Shown: positions 19,557 through 30,126 of the stretch, one piece after another
Position numbering within the stretch: the stretch's first letter is position 1
Layout of the letters: every line of letters begins with the position of its first letter
Virus record (IMG/VR): IMGVR_UViG_3300044712_002679
Location: 52,406 to 116,405 of that record
Length of the DNA: 64,000 nucleotides
Direction: 5' to 3' (one strand)
Source of the DNA: a virus
Position numbers and translations under genes: made by a program
The notes under the pieces: model-generated
The model's input: only the letters and a program-made list of their open reading frames with translations
Told to the model about the DNA's origin: nothing
Databases searched by the model: none

Positions 19557-19895
19557 TTAACAAATATTTTTTAATCTTAAAATTTTATCTTTTCTGAGTA
19601 AAAAAATATAATCAATCATTTTAATTAAACTAAATTTTCCCAGGATTGGTATTAATTCAGTACTACAAAAATAATATGAATTTTCAAATTTAAATATTAA
19701 ATAATTATCATAACTAGCATATAAAACAAAACTTTCAAGATTATCTAATTCGATAACCTTGAAAGTTTTAATTTCAGATATAATAACTTTTGAATTTTTT
19801 AGATTTGTTAATCTAATTTCATCTATTTTATCACTAGAAGACCAAATTAGATTAATAATTTCAGAAAAAAATTCTTTTTTATTTTTCAGATTCAA
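19557..19895 (-). CDS. hypothetical protein
   Basis: 112-aa ORF. Confidence 0.35.
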   Translation of the reverse strand: MNLKNKKEFFSEIINLIWSSSDKIDEIRLTNLKNSKVIISEIKTFKVIELDNLESFVLYASYDNYLIFKFENSYYFCSTELIPILGKFSLIKMIDYIFLLRKDKILRLKNIC

Positions 19896-20661
19896 TTATT
19901 GGTTCTTCATTTTTTACCCTATCATCATTATTATAACCATCCATAGCATTTAATGAATTTATCCAATTTTGAAATTGGTTCGAAACTCTTTCTAAAATTA
20001 CACCATATGCATTGAATAGTTTTGTCATTTTACCAATTTCAGATAAGACTATTCTAAAATATGTGAAACTATCACTTCCACCTTTTTCTTCATGTTTCAT
20101 CAACAAGTGATAAAGCAATACTAAACTTTGAATTGAACATATTGGTGTAAAAGAATCAATAGATTTTGGTAAATCTTTAAAAATTGCATTAGTTGGTGCT
20201 ATAAATTTAGTATATAATTCCCAATAGTTAAATATTTCTTGACCATTATATGACAACTTAGTTGTTAATGTGTGGTCAATATAATGCCATTCTTTTCGTG
20301 ATAATTCAAAATTAAAACAGATTGAACTATATTTAGCATTATAATTTGAAAATAATTCTTTACCATAACCGAACAATTTACTTCTTTCTGCTTCTGACAT
20401 ATTTTTAACTTCTTCTGAATCTGTACGGAATCTAGTTAAAAATTCATTTAAATTAGTATATGCACTTTCATAATTTGTTAGTGATATATTTTCTAAATAT
20501 AATCCACCTAGTTCATTAATGATATCTTCTGCATCTTTTAATTTTGTATCATTTGGATTAGTTGGTTTATATTCTTCACCTTGAAATAATGCATCATATT
20601 CTGCATTTAAATCAAATTCTTGATTTCCTGTAAAATCAAATAATTTCTTTTCTTCACTCAT
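19879..20661 (-). CDS. hypothetical (possible virion/tail-associated) protein
   Basis: 260-aa ORF in a co-oriented block below the giant membrane-protein gene. Confidence 0.45.
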   Translation of the reverse strand: MSEEKKLFDFTGNQEFDLNAEYDALFQGEEYKPTNPNDTKLKDAEDIINELGGLYLENISLTNYESAYTNLNEFLTRFRTDSEEVKNMSEAERSKLFGYGKELFSNYNAKYSSICFNFELSRKEWHYIDHTLTTKLSYNGQEIFNYWELYTKFIAPTNAIFKDLPKSIDSFTPICSIQSLVLLYHLLMKHEEKGGSDSFTYFRIVLSEIGKMTKLFNAYGVILERVSNQFQNWINSLNAMDGYNNDDRVKNEEPIIESEK

Positions 20662-21119
20662 TAGTATCTTTTATTTTTTTTTGGTTTTTGATCTTTTTCT
20701 TCTTTTTCTTTTTCTTCTAATTGTTCTTTAAGTAAAATAATCATTTGATTTGCACGTTTTACTGCATCATTTCCATATTTATCAAATATACTATTAGAAG
20801 TCATAATATTAGGTTTACCTATTTTAAGTGTGCCTTTTTCATAGTTAAATTCTAATAAAGCTAATTCTTGATCAATTAAGATTGTTTTTGCTTCATCATC
20901 AAAAGAATCAAAATATTGTTCATTAAAACTAACTATTAAATCAGCTTTTAATAAAACAGAATACCTATCAGGAATTTTGACAATCTTCAATAATGTTTTT
21001 TGTTTAGCATCAGATTGGAATAAAATTTTTAAATCCGTTGGAAAACTTAATTTTTTTTCTAATTCATTAAAATACTCAATAACATCTTCCGATAATTCAT
21101 TAAATTGTTCTTTACTCAT
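20661..21119 (-). CDS. hypothetical protein
   Basis: 152 aa; TAATG overlap with the downstream gene. Confidence 0.45.
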   Translation of the reverse strand: MSKEQFNELSEDVIEYFNELEKKLSFPTDLKILFQSDAKQKTLLKIVKIPDRYSVLLKADLIVSFNEQYFDSFDDEAKTILIDQELALLEFNYEKGTLKIGKPNIMTSNSIFDKYGNDAVKRANQMIILLKEQLEEKEKEEKDQKPKKNKRY

Positions 21120-21173
21120 AATTATATTTTTTTATGTTTATTTTTAACATATATTAAAAACAATCATGAAAGT

Positions 21174-21587
21174 TTATAAAAAAATGAAAAGTGATATAAT
21201 ACCAAACAAAAAAATAAATATGGTCAATATAGCAAAAAATGTTGCCCATTTTTTAAGGTCAATATATTTAAATTTAAGTACTATTCTAATGTTGTATTTA
21301 TCAATTTGTTTGATATTTTTTATATCCAATGTGACATATTCTAATATACCTAATTCAAATAAAAAATTATTTATTTCAACAATATTATTATTGACGTAAT
21401 TATATCCATATTTATTCATATCTTTATCATCAAAAAATGGCAAATTAAATACTGTATACAATCTGAATATCCAATCGTATTGGATACCCAATGGATTAGG
21501 ATTATTATTAATCCTACTATCTGCTAAAATTTTCTTATTTTTTTTAAGAAGACTTATATATTTGAATAAATGAAACAATTTTTTCAT
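21174..21587 (-). CDS. hypothetical C-terminally membrane-anchored protein
   Basis: 137 aa with C-terminal TM helix ATFFAILTIFIFLFGIISLFIFL. Confidence 0.4.
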   Translation of the reverse strand: MKKLFHLFKYISLLKKNKKILADSRINNNPNPLGIQYDWIFRLYTVFNLPFFDDKDMNKYGYNYVNNNIVEINNFLFELGILEYVTLDIKNIKQIDKYNIRIVLKFKYIDLKKWATFFAILTIFIFLFGIISLFIFL

Positions 21588-21610
21588 AATTATTTTTATT
21601 TCTATATATT

Positions 21611-21645
21611 ATAAAAAATGGGTTCTGTTGTTAAGAACCCAAAAA
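21611..21645 (-). terminator. intrinsic terminator after 21666..25496
   Basis: gggttct...agaaccc hairpin followed, in the minus direction, by a T-run. Confidence 0.6.
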
Positions 21646-21665
21646 ATTTATAAAAATTTTATTAA

Positions 21666-24600
21666 TTATGCCCAAGGCGAATCTTGTTTAGCTGGTTTTG
21701 CCATTTCATCTTTAATATTTTCCAATATATTTCTAATATATGCAACATCTTCATAGAATTGTTGTTTTTTCTTTAATTCTACTGTTTTATCATCAACAAC
21801 AACTTTATTTTCTTCTTCGATTGTAGGTTTAGTTGCTACTGTTTCATATAACCCTTTCATTGTAGATAATAAATTCGCTTGTTCTGATGGAATATTATTT
21901 ATCATTTGCAATGATGTCTTATATTTATCAACAGATTTTAATACGTTATCAAATTTTGTGTCATCTATGATACTAATTAAAAATAAGCCTTTTGATAAAT
22001 TACTAAATCCATCTAAATTATTGTTTACTGATGTGAGCGATGCTGCTAATGATGCAAATGAATTTGATAATTTATTTATTGATTCAATTTTTGGATCAAG
22101 TGCTGTCATATCAGGTAATTTACCAAATTCGGACAAAAATGATTGATAACCTGTCATTACGCCAGTAGGCATAGGTTGTAAATTTGATAAAATTTGTAGT
22201 GCGGATACTAATGTTAATAATGCAGTAGAAAAATTAGAAAAATCATTCATATCTCGTTTCTTTTTTCCAACTATCGCACGTATTCCTTTTCCTAGTAATC
22301 CACTTGGTGTTTCGTGCATAAACGAATCTACACCAGATCCTAATTCTGCTAAAGATTCTGATATTTTACCCATATTATCAACCATAGAATCTTTAATTTC
22401 GGGCATTTGATTAAGCTTATTTACAGAATTTATGATAATAGCAATAGATTTATCAAATTTATCAAAATCTTGTATATCATAATCTTTTCTAGCTAAATCA
22501 CTATAAGTTAATAAGAAATACGAAAAAGAATTGGTGTATTTCTTATCAGGTATATTACTATAATTACCATCACCTAATATTTTACTAGCTTTAGATATTG
22601 TTGTTGCTGCACTTATTGAAAATGTTGAAAATTTATCATCAATTTCAAGATTTTTTATAGATTTAGATATTTTGCTCATTTCTATTATTGTGTGAGCAAA
22701 ACCATCCACATATTTTTTATCTATAATATTTGAAAAATTACCTTCAGCTAATATTTTTGATGCGGCAACCAATGATGTTGATGCTTCAATTACAAATTCT
22801 TGTAATGTTTGTTTATTACCACCACCAAATAATTCGCTAATTGTTCCTAAAAATCCTTTTGAGTTTAATTTAGAATAAGCATCAGCCATATTAATTAAAA
22901 ATGAACCCACACCTTCTGAATACGCTTTTGATGGATATTTAGATGTATTCCAATCCACTTTACTTAAAATACTATTTGCTGTAACCATTGTTTGTGCAGC
23001 ATCAGAAACAAATGAAGTAAAACTTGTAGTTTCGCCAAATAAACTATTAAATCCATTGACTTTAGATATACTTGCAAAAGCATTAGCTAACGATTCTAAA
23101 AATCCACCAACACCTTCGGCATATGCTTTTGATGGATGTTTTGCTGATGACCAATCAACATTTAATTTATCATGCACTTTTAACATTGCATTAGATGCAT
23201 TATCCATAAATGTCATAAAATTATCACTACCACCACCAAATAAACTTGTTACAATATTATTAAATCCTTCAATTTTAGATATTTTTGAAAAAACATTAGC
23301 TAACGATTCTAAAAATCCACCAACACCTTCAGCATATGCTTTTGATGGATGTTTTGCTGATGACCAATCAACAGAATTCAATTTATCATGACTAAATATT
23401 ATAGCATCTGTTGCATTTTTAATAAATACCATAAATGTATCAGATTGTCCACCACCAAATAAACTTGATACTATTTTATTAAACCCTTCAACTCTAGATA
23501 TTTTTGCAAATACCCCAGCAAATGCTAATAACAATCCACCAACACCTTCTGCGTAGTCTTTTGTTGGATGTTTTGCGCTTGTCCAATCAACTTCATTTAA
23601 TTTGTTTGCAACATTAACCATACGTTGTGCTAATGCTACCAATGGATCAGTACCACCCGTAAATAATTTACCAATTAAATTTGATGCACCTGCTGCTAGT
23701 GCAGCCACCGAAGCAACACTAAATGCAAGTAATGATAAACCAACAGATGTTGACCATTTTAATGATGGATAATTAGTATATTTACCTGCACCAAGAATAT
23801 ATGATACAGCAACAATGGTTCCCGAAATAAATAAAAGTGCAGGTAATCCTAATGCAAATGCTAGTGCTTGTGGACCAGCTAATAACATACCTACACCAAT
23901 TGCTAATGCACCAAATGATAATAATGATAATCCCGTACCAAGTGTCCACTTTATCTCAGGATACTTCATTTCATTTGGTAATAATTTTAATATGACAGCA
24001 GTTAATACTATTGATAATGCAATCAATGGTATTGCAATCATACCATCTATTATTTTATCTAATCCAAATTTACCAACCACCCAAAGAATAGGTGCAAAAA
24101 CTAAAATTGATAAACCAACACCTAAACTCCACATAAAATCCGGATATCTCATATCATTTGGTAATTCTCTAAAAACATATGCTGCACCCACAATAGCAAG
24201 TGCAACTAGTGGAATACTTACTGTTCCTTTAAGTATATCTTCAAATTTCATTTTTCCAATTGTTTTAATAATTGGCGAAAAAATCAAAACAGATATTCCA
24301 ATTAATGCTGTACTAATAATAAATTCCAATGGATTTCTAAGTGGTTCAAAATCTTGTAAAATGTGACTAGATAAAGTTAAAGCCAATGCTATTACTGGTA
24401 ATACCCAAGGTAAAGCAAAAATGGTTGGTCCATTTTTTATAATATCAACATTTTTAATAGCTTTCAATAAAATCCAAGTTGCTATACCCAATGATGCACC
24501 AACAAAAAGTAAAGATAACCCTTGTCTGAATCCAACAATAGGAAAATTTTGTATAATTAATGCTGATAAAAATAATGCTATTGATATTGTAGGTAAAATA

Positions 24601-25496
24601 AATGGTAATAAAAATACCTTTCCAAAATCTTTTTTAAGATCAATATCTTTAATAGCTTTTAATAATACCCAAGTTGCTATACCTAATGATGCACCAACAA
24701 AAAGTAAAGATAAACCTTGTCTAAATCCAATAATTGGAAAATTTTGTATAATTAATGCAGATAAAAATAATGCTATTGATATTGTAGGTAAAACAAATGG
24801 CAATAAAAATACCTTTCCAAAATCTTTAATTTCAACATCTTTTATGGATTTTAATAATAACCACGTTGCAACACCTAACGCACCACCAACAAAAATCATA
24901 GATAATCCTTGCGTAAAACTAATATGTGGTATTTTTGATATTAAAAACGCTGATATTAATATAGCTAAAGACATTATGGGCAAAATTGATGCAACTTTAA
25001 ATATATCAACATATTTCATATTTTTTAATTCGGTAAGTTGACTAAATGTTTTTGCCATTATAAAAATTGATCCAGATAAAGCAATAACTGATAAAAAATC
25101 CACTTTACCAATTATTTTAAATGCCATACCCAAAGCTAATACACCACTAGCAATCAATATAACTACTTTTATACCATCTACGATTTTATTTTTATTTTTT
25201 GGATCTTCAATTCGATCGAACATACCAGATTCTTTTTGTTGTTTTATACTTTCAATCTTTTTTAATATAGTATTGTTTTGATCTTTGATATCTTTAAATC
25301 CTTTTGTTGTTGTTTGTCTAATAATTTTTAGTTCATCTACAACTTTTGTTAAATCACCCATTGGTGTACCAACAAAACCATTAACGACATCTTCTGTGCC
25401 TTTTTTTTGTTGGTCCTTTAATGTTTCAACAATTTCTTCTAGTGCTTCAGTAAAAGTACCAAGTGCTTTAATATATTTATCATCTATTCTCGACAT
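21666..25496 (-). CDS. 1276-aa multi-pass membrane protein with internal repeats (tape-measure-like candidate)
   Basis: N-terminal coiled coil, then more than 12 hydrophobic helices including three near-identical FGKVFLLPFVLPTISIALFLSALIIQNFPI(I/V)GFRQGLSLLFVGASLGIATW units. A Gly/Ala-rich region follows. C-terminal ~50-aa repeats carry (V)DW(S)SAKHPSKAYAEGVGGFLESLAN. It sits just downstream of two small chaperone-sized ORFs. Confidence 0.55.
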   Translation of the reverse strand: MSRIDDKYIKALGTFTEALEEIVETLKDQQKKGTEDVVNGFVGTPMGDLTKVVDELKIIRQTTTKGFKDIKDQNNTILKKIESIKQQKESGMFDRIEDPKNKNKIVDGIKVVILIASGVLALGMAFKIIGKVDFLSVIALSGSIFIMAKTFSQLTELKNMKYVDIFKVASILPIMSLAILISAFLISKIPHISFTQGLSMIFVGGALGVATWLLLKSIKDVEIKDFGKVFLLPFVLPTISIALFLSALIIQNFPIIGFRQGLSLLFVGASLGIATWVLLKAIKDIDLKKDFGKVFLLPFILPTISIALFLSALIIQNFPIVGFRQGLSLLFVGASLGIATWILLKAIKNVDIIKNGPTIFALPWVLPVIALALTLSSHILQDFEPLRNPLEFIISTALIGISVLIFSPIIKTIGKMKFEDILKGTVSIPLVALAIVGAAYVFRELPNDMRYPDFMWSLGVGLSILVFAPILWVVGKFGLDKIIDGMIAIPLIALSIVLTAVILKLLPNEMKYPEIKWTLGTGLSLLSFGALAIGVGMLLAGPQALAFALGLPALLFISGTIVAVSYILGAGKYTNYPSLKWSTSVGLSLLAFSVASVAALAAGASNLIGKLFTGGTDPLVALAQRMVNVANKLNEVDWTSAKHPTKDYAEGVGGLLLAFAGVFAKISRVEGFNKIVSSLFGGGQSDTFMVFIKNATDAIIFSHDKLNSVDWSSAKHPSKAYAEGVGGFLESLANVFSKISKIEGFNNIVTSLFGGGSDNFMTFMDNASNAMLKVHDKLNVDWSSAKHPSKAYAEGVGGFLESLANAFASISKVNGFNSLFGETTSFTSFVSDAAQTMVTANSILSKVDWNTSKYPSKAYSEGVGSFLINMADAYSKLNSKGFLGTISELFGGGNKQTLQEFVIEASTSLVAASKILAEGNFSNIIDKKYVDGFAHTIIEMSKISKSIKNLEIDDKFSTFSISAATTISKASKILGDGNYSNIPDKKYTNSFSYFLLTYSDLARKDYDIQDFDKFDKSIAIIINSVNKLNQMPEIKDSMVDNMGKISESLAELGSGVDSFMHETPSGLLGKGIRAIVGKKKRDMNDFSNFSTALLTLVSALQILSNLQPMPTGVMTGYQSFLSEFGKLPDMTALDPKIESINKLSNSFASLAASLTSVNNNLDGFSNLSKGLFLISIIDDTKFDNVLKSVDKYKTSLQMINNIPSEQANLLSTMKGLYETVATKPTIEEENKVVVDDKTVELKKKQQFYEDVAYIRNILENIKDEMAKPAKQDSPWA

Positions 25497-25502
25497 TTAA
25501 AA

Positions 25503-25907
25503 TTAAAAATTTTTTTCTCTTGCATTTTTAGTATAAGATGTTGGTTTAATTTTTTTATTAGATTTGACTAATTGTTTTTCCAAATTATTGATTTGGTTAA
25601 CTGTTTTATCAAATTCTTCCACTTGATCCCCATATTCTTTCACTTGCGTTTTAACATCTTTTTGATTTTCAGGTTCCATATTTTGAATATTATTCAATAA
25701 TCCTTTTTCTATTGTATCTTTTTGTGTAATAATTCTTTGTCGTTGTTCTTCTGTATTTTGTAAAATACTATCAACTTCATCAGTAGGTTTTTGCTGTTGA
25801 TTGTTTGGTTTTAATTTTGGTTTTTTTGACAATGAATCCAAATAACCTTGTGGTGTATTTGGATTATTTTCTTCTACGAATAATTTATAATTATTTAAAT
25901 GTTTCAT
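25503..25907 (-). CDS. hypothetical protein (tail-assembly-chaperone-like position)
   Basis: 134 aa. Its N-terminus MKHLNNYKLFVEENNP resembles that of the upstream ORF MKIKKYTDFVFEKIEP. Confidence 0.4.
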   Translation of the reverse strand: MKHLNNYKLFVEENNPNTPQGYLDSLSKKPKLKPNNQQQKPTDEVDSILQNTEEQRQRIITQKDTIEKGLLNNIQNMEPENQKDVKTQVKEYGDQVEEFDKTVNQINNLEKQLVKSNKKIKPTSYTKNAREKNF

Positions 25908-25909
25908 AT

Positions 25910-26446
25910 TTATTTTTTATTTTCATTTTGTACTAAAATAGGTTGTGGTTTAGGTTTTTTTGTTAATTGGGTAACATCTTCTATTTCCCCAGATTTTTTA
26001 ATATTTGAATAGGGTTCTAATTGTTGTTTTTTTCGTCTTCTACCTTCCTTTGCTTTTTCATCTACAAATACTTTTTTATTTGGATTGGGTTTTACTTGCT
26101 GATGTTCTGGATTATTTCTTGATGTTAATGTGCTAACATTAGGTTTTTCTTCTTGATGTTCAGGTGTAATTTTTTCACTTCCAATTTTTGGATTATGTGG
26201 TTGTTTATTTACAATAACATCAGATGTATCGGGTGGATTATTAGAAGTATTCATTTTAACTTGTTTATTGTATATTGCAACATCTTCATCATCTCTAGAA
26301 TTTATTTTTTCCATTTCCCCCAATTTTAATTTCAATGTTTGCCAAAAATGTTCAAATTTTTCTGCAATATCATTATACGCATCAACAAAATTTTTTGATG
26401 GTTCAATTTTTTCAAATACAAAATCAGTATATTTTTTAATTTTCAT
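25910..26446 (-). CDS. hypothetical protein (tail-assembly-chaperone-like position)
   Basis: 178 aa, directly upstream of 25503..25907. Confidence 0.4.
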   Translation of the reverse strand: MKIKKYTDFVFEKIEPSKNFVDAYNDIAEKFEHFWQTLKLKLGEMEKINSRDDEDVAIYNKQVKMNTSNNPPDTSDVIVNKQPHNPKIGSEKITPEHQEEKPNVSTLTSRNNPEHQQVKPNPNKKVFVDEKAKEGRRRKKQQLEPYSNIKKSGEIEDVTQLTKKPKPQPILVQNENKK

Positions 26447-26468
26447 TATTGTAATTTTTATTTTATTT

Positions 26469-28817
26469 TTATAATGTATTACTTAATTTTTGAAGTAAAT
26501 CAAATGTTTTCACATCATTAACTTGTAAAAATTTTGGTTTATTTTTTTGAAAATCATTGTAATTATAATCTTTTTGATTAACAGAAAATTTGAAAGCACT
26601 TCTCCATTCTTCAAATCCAATTTCTATAAATTTAGAAAATGCTAAAGCTTCAAATTTATGTAAATATGCTTCCGAATTAAAATTAGTAAATAAATTGTCA
26701 CTCAATAATACATTATTTGCACTAGATATATTACTTTTTAAAAATATTTGACTACTTCCATCACTATAAATATATTCATTTAATACATATATTGGAAATG
26801 TATAACTTTTTGTAGATTGTGGAAATATTTGACCCTTTTTAATAACAAAGTATACATTAATATAATTTATATTAGTTTTATTTAATTCATTATTTTTTGA
26901 TTTAAATAATTTATCAAATTCTTGGTTTTCAATACTCGAATGATTTGTAGCATCAATATTATCAAAAGCCATCGGTATTTGCATTAATCCTATTTGTTGT
27001 TTAAATGCGAATGAAACTGGTGCAACTGATATATTATATAATACATTTTTATAATTAATACTACCATAACACCACAATCCATCACTTAAAGATTTAAAAT
27101 TAACTGTTCCAGTTTGAATTGGTAACTTATTTTGAACTTCTGCTATTGCTTTTTGATTTCTAATATCATTTGTTAAACCTTTTACGCTTGTTTCAATTTT
27201 TTTATTATTTAATCCACCAAAATCACCTTTTATTATATTAACTTTTTCAATATCCATTAAATTAGTAAATGCTGCATAAGTTTTTGTTACTTCTTTATCC
27301 CATCGTAATTTTAATGAATCATCACTTTTACCATCGGTGGTTTGTTTAGCTAATAATTGTTCTGCTGATAATTGAATTGTTCTTAAATTGTATGGATTTA
27401 CATATGTTGATACTTTTTCTTTAATATTTGACCCTGGATTAGATTTTTCAATATTAACAATAGTTTTTTCAATTTCAGCTAAATTTATACTATGAACATC
27501 AAGATTGAAATCTTCTTCTTTATCTTTATATTTTTCTTTATCTCTTTTATTCAATATATCACCAACTGTTGCAGAAGAACCAGCTTTCATTTCTATTGAT
27601 CGACCAAATCCAACTTTACCTGCTTGTGGGTTGTCTAATTTAACTTTTGTTGTAAATTCATTTAATAAATCAAAATCTTTTAAAAATGATATAGCTTCAA
27701 ATAAACCACTTTTTTGATGTTGTTTTATTGTTAAAAGCTGCATATAGTTCATATATAATATTTCCATTTTCTTTTTATTATCATCACCCATACTATCATA
27801 CATAGATGCATATTTATTAAAAAATGCATCGGCATCAACTTTTAACAAATTGAAATTTGGAAAACCTTTTGGTAATAATCTAATTGGTGCAACTTCCATT
27901 TTTTGACCATTTTTATCAAAAAATATTTTATTTTTTGTATTATCGACATCAGTGACTATAATATCAATAACCTCACCATTTATTATTGTTGAATATTCAT
28001 CACCAATTTTAATAGTGTTTGATGCTATTTTTTGAAATTTTTGATCAAATTCTGTATTAGATATTGATCCTAAACCTTTAGCGACATTAGGTAAATTTTC
28101 TGATGTTGGTTCAAAATCATATTTATTTTTACATGCTTGTTTAAGTGAATCTAAATTATCTGTTTTAGTTGTTGTATCACCTAAATTAGACAATTCTTGT
28201 CTAAGTTTAGCTAAATAAATTTCAGAACTTTTTATACTTTCAATAATATCATTAAGTATAGCCTGTTGTTTTTCAATTTTATTTAGTTTTATAACTTTTT
28301 TATTCTTATCAGTTTCTTCTGTATAATCTTTATTTAATTGTCTAATAGTATTAACCATTGTTATTTTTTGCCATTGAGCTTTTTTTAAATCATCAGATAC
28401 ACTAGCAATTTTTTCTTCTATTTGTTCTTTTGTCAATTTTTTTTCCGTTGTTGTTGCACTTATTTCGCCAACATCACCCGCTTCACCTTCTTCTTCACCT
28501 ACATTAGATTTAATTTCTTCTTCTTTATTTTCTATAACACCAGTCTTTAAATCGACATTATTATCAAAACAAAACAAAATAATTCCTCGCATCAATTCAT
28601 TAACTAATTGTGCAACTAATCTATTAATAAAAAAGAGCGATTTAGATTTTCTATATAAATTTGCAATTGGACTAAATATACCATTAATTAATTTACCTAA
28701 ATACGTATCTTTTAATTTAGCATTATTAGCAAAACCATCACGTGAACCAACACCACCTTCAGTACCACCAAATTCATATATTTTTATAAAATCCTTACGA
28801 TTGTGAATATTTTTCAT
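26469..28817 (-). CDS. large hypothetical structural protein
   Basis: 782-aa ORF upstream of the chaperone-like pair and the giant membrane protein. Confidence 0.5.
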   Translation of the reverse strand: MKNIHNRKDFIKIYEFGGTEGGVGSRDGFANNAKLKDTYLGKLINGIFSPIANLYRKSKSLFFINRLVAQLVNELMRGIILFCFDNNVDLKTGVIENKEEEIKSNVGEEEGEAGDVGEISATTTEKKLTKEQIEEKIASVSDDLKKAQWQKITMVNTIRQLNKDYTEETDKNKKVIKLNKIEKQQAILNDIIESIKSSEIYLAKLRQELSNLGDTTTKTDNLDSLKQACKNKYDFEPTSENLPNVAKGLGSISNTEFDQKFQKIASNTIKIGDEYSTIINGEVIDIIVTDVDNTKNKIFFDKNGQKMEVAPIRLLPKGFPNFNLLKVDADAFFNKYASMYDSMGDDNKKKMEILYMNYMQLLTIKQHQKSGLFEAISFLKDFDLLNEFTTKVKLDNPQAGKVGFGRSIEMKAGSSATVGDILNKRDKEKYKDKEEDFNLDVHSINLAEIEKTIVNIEKSNPGSNIKEKVSTYVNPYNLRTIQLSAEQLLAKQTTDGKSDDSLKLRWDKEVTKTYAAFTNLMDIEKVNIIKGDFGGLNNKKIETSVKGLTNDIRNQKAIAEVQNKLPIQTGTVNFKSLSDGLWCYGSINYKNVLYNISVAPVSFAFKQQIGLMQIPMAFDNIDATNHSSIENQEFDKLFKSKNNELNKTNINYINVYFVIKKGQIFPQSTKSYTFPIYVLNEYIYSDGSSQIFLKSNISSANNVLLSDNLFTNFNSEAYLHKFEALAFSKFIEIGFEEWRSAFKFSVNQKDYNYNDFQKNKPKFLQVNDVKTFDLLQKLSNTL

Positions 28818-29242
28818 TATTTTTTACTAATTTTTTGTATTTTTAATCCATTATAAGAATATTTCTTACCATATAAAATAAAATAATCATTATCAAATTT
28901 AAGTGGTAATTCTTTTGATTTATCTATACTTGAATCATAAATAATATCATTATTTACACTCAAAGAAAAGAATTTCAATTCTTTGATATATGATTCATAC
29001 AATTCTTTATTCGATTTTATTACTTTTTCCAATTTTATGTTTTCTTTTTTATTTAGTGTTTCTAATATCACTTCTTTTTTTTTAATTTTTAATGGTTCAG
29101 ATGGTTTATCTACAATTAATTGTTCATTATTTTCTGGAATATATTGAAATTGTTCAGTAATTTCAAGTTTCTTAGTAGATTTCTTTTTAACTTCTTGTGT
29201 ATTATCTACTTCGTTTATTGTAACGTTTGTTTCTTCTGACAT
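28817..29242 (-). CDS. hypothetical protein (start trimmed to internal Met MSEETNV)
   Basis: The listed ORF 28817..29473 overlaps the plus gene 29329..30093. The internal ATG at 29240-29242 removes the overlap and sits ~25 nt below a TATATATA element. Confidence 0.4.
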   Translation of the reverse strand: MSEETNVTINEVDNTQEVKKKSTKKLEITEQFQYIPENNEQLIVDKPSEPLKIKKKEVILETLNKKENIKLEKVIKSNKELYESYIKELKFFSLSVNNDIIYDSSIDKSKELPLKFDNDYFILYGKKYSYNGLKIQKISKK

Positions 29243-29328
29243 GATTAAATATTTTTTCTGTATATATAAAATAATATAATTCCTCATTATATATAAAAAT
29301 TGAAAATTGAAATTTAATATATAACTAC

Positions 29329-30093
29329 ATGAAAATATTAAATTATAGTCGATATTCTTTTTTAAATGAATGTGGGATTTTAGAAGGTTCTGAATTTCAA
29401 CAATTTCAATTTGGATTAGAACCGATGGGAACACAAGGTGGTGGTGGACAATATGCTTTTGCTCAAGACCCAAGTTTATCGTATTTTAATTACCAGGATA
29501 GTCCATACACGGATTTTTATGCCCGTCAATCTGGATTAGTTGCTAATTTAGATCAAGCAGCAAAAAACGCACGTGGTCAAAGTAATACCATTTTTAAAGA
29601 TACTAATGCATTTCTCGAAGATGTAAATCTATATAAAAACATTAAAATATTAAGAATTTTTGAAAATACAAATTTAAAACTTGATGTTTATGTATCATTC
29701 GATTATGATGATAATGAATACTTTGGTGCATTTAGAAATTTTAATGGTTTAACTAAACCCAAATTCGAATCTGAATTATATCATGAACCAAATTATAGAT
29801 TTCGATTCGATGGTGAATATAAAATGAGATTGGGAAATTTCTTTTATAAAAAATTAGAAAAATGGTTTATTCCCGATAAAGGATTATATAAAAATATGAA
29901 AAATGAAAATCGGGTTAAAGATACTATGGGTAAATTATATGAAGTACAATCTGATCAAGTTGTTGAAGTACTTGGATATAATTTGAACACTGATAATAAA
30001 CCATATGTAATTATAAAATGTAAAGATAAAACATATCACGTTGAAGGTAATGATTATTATTATTTCAAATGGAGATTCGATAAAATAAATTAA
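29329..30093 (+). CDS. hypothetical protein (Gly-rich MGTQGGGGQYAF segment)
   Basis: 254-aa ORF; the true start is possibly the internal Met at 29425. Confidence 0.45.
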   Translation: MKILNYSRYSFLNECGILEGSEFQQFQFGLEPMGTQGGGGQYAFAQDPSLSYFNYQDSPYTDFYARQSGLVANLDQAAKNARGQSNTIFKDTNAFLEDVNLYKNIKILRIFENTNLKLDVYVSFDYDDNEYFGAFRNFNGLTKPKFESELYHEPNYRFRFDGEYKMRLGNFFYKKLEKWFIPDKGLYKNMKNENRVKDTMGKLYEVQSDQVVEVLGYNLNTDNKPYVIIKCKDKTYHVEGNDYYYFKWRFDKIN

Positions 30094-30126
30094 GTTATTT
30101 TAAATTTAACAAAATTAAAAATAAAT

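Noticed and set aside
28817-30093. 145-nt antisense overlap between 28817..29473 (-) and 29329..30093 (+)
   Set aside because: The overlap is resolved by starting the minus gene at the internal ATG (29240-29242, MSEETNV...). That start has a TATATATA element and a sensible spacer, so no real overlap is required.
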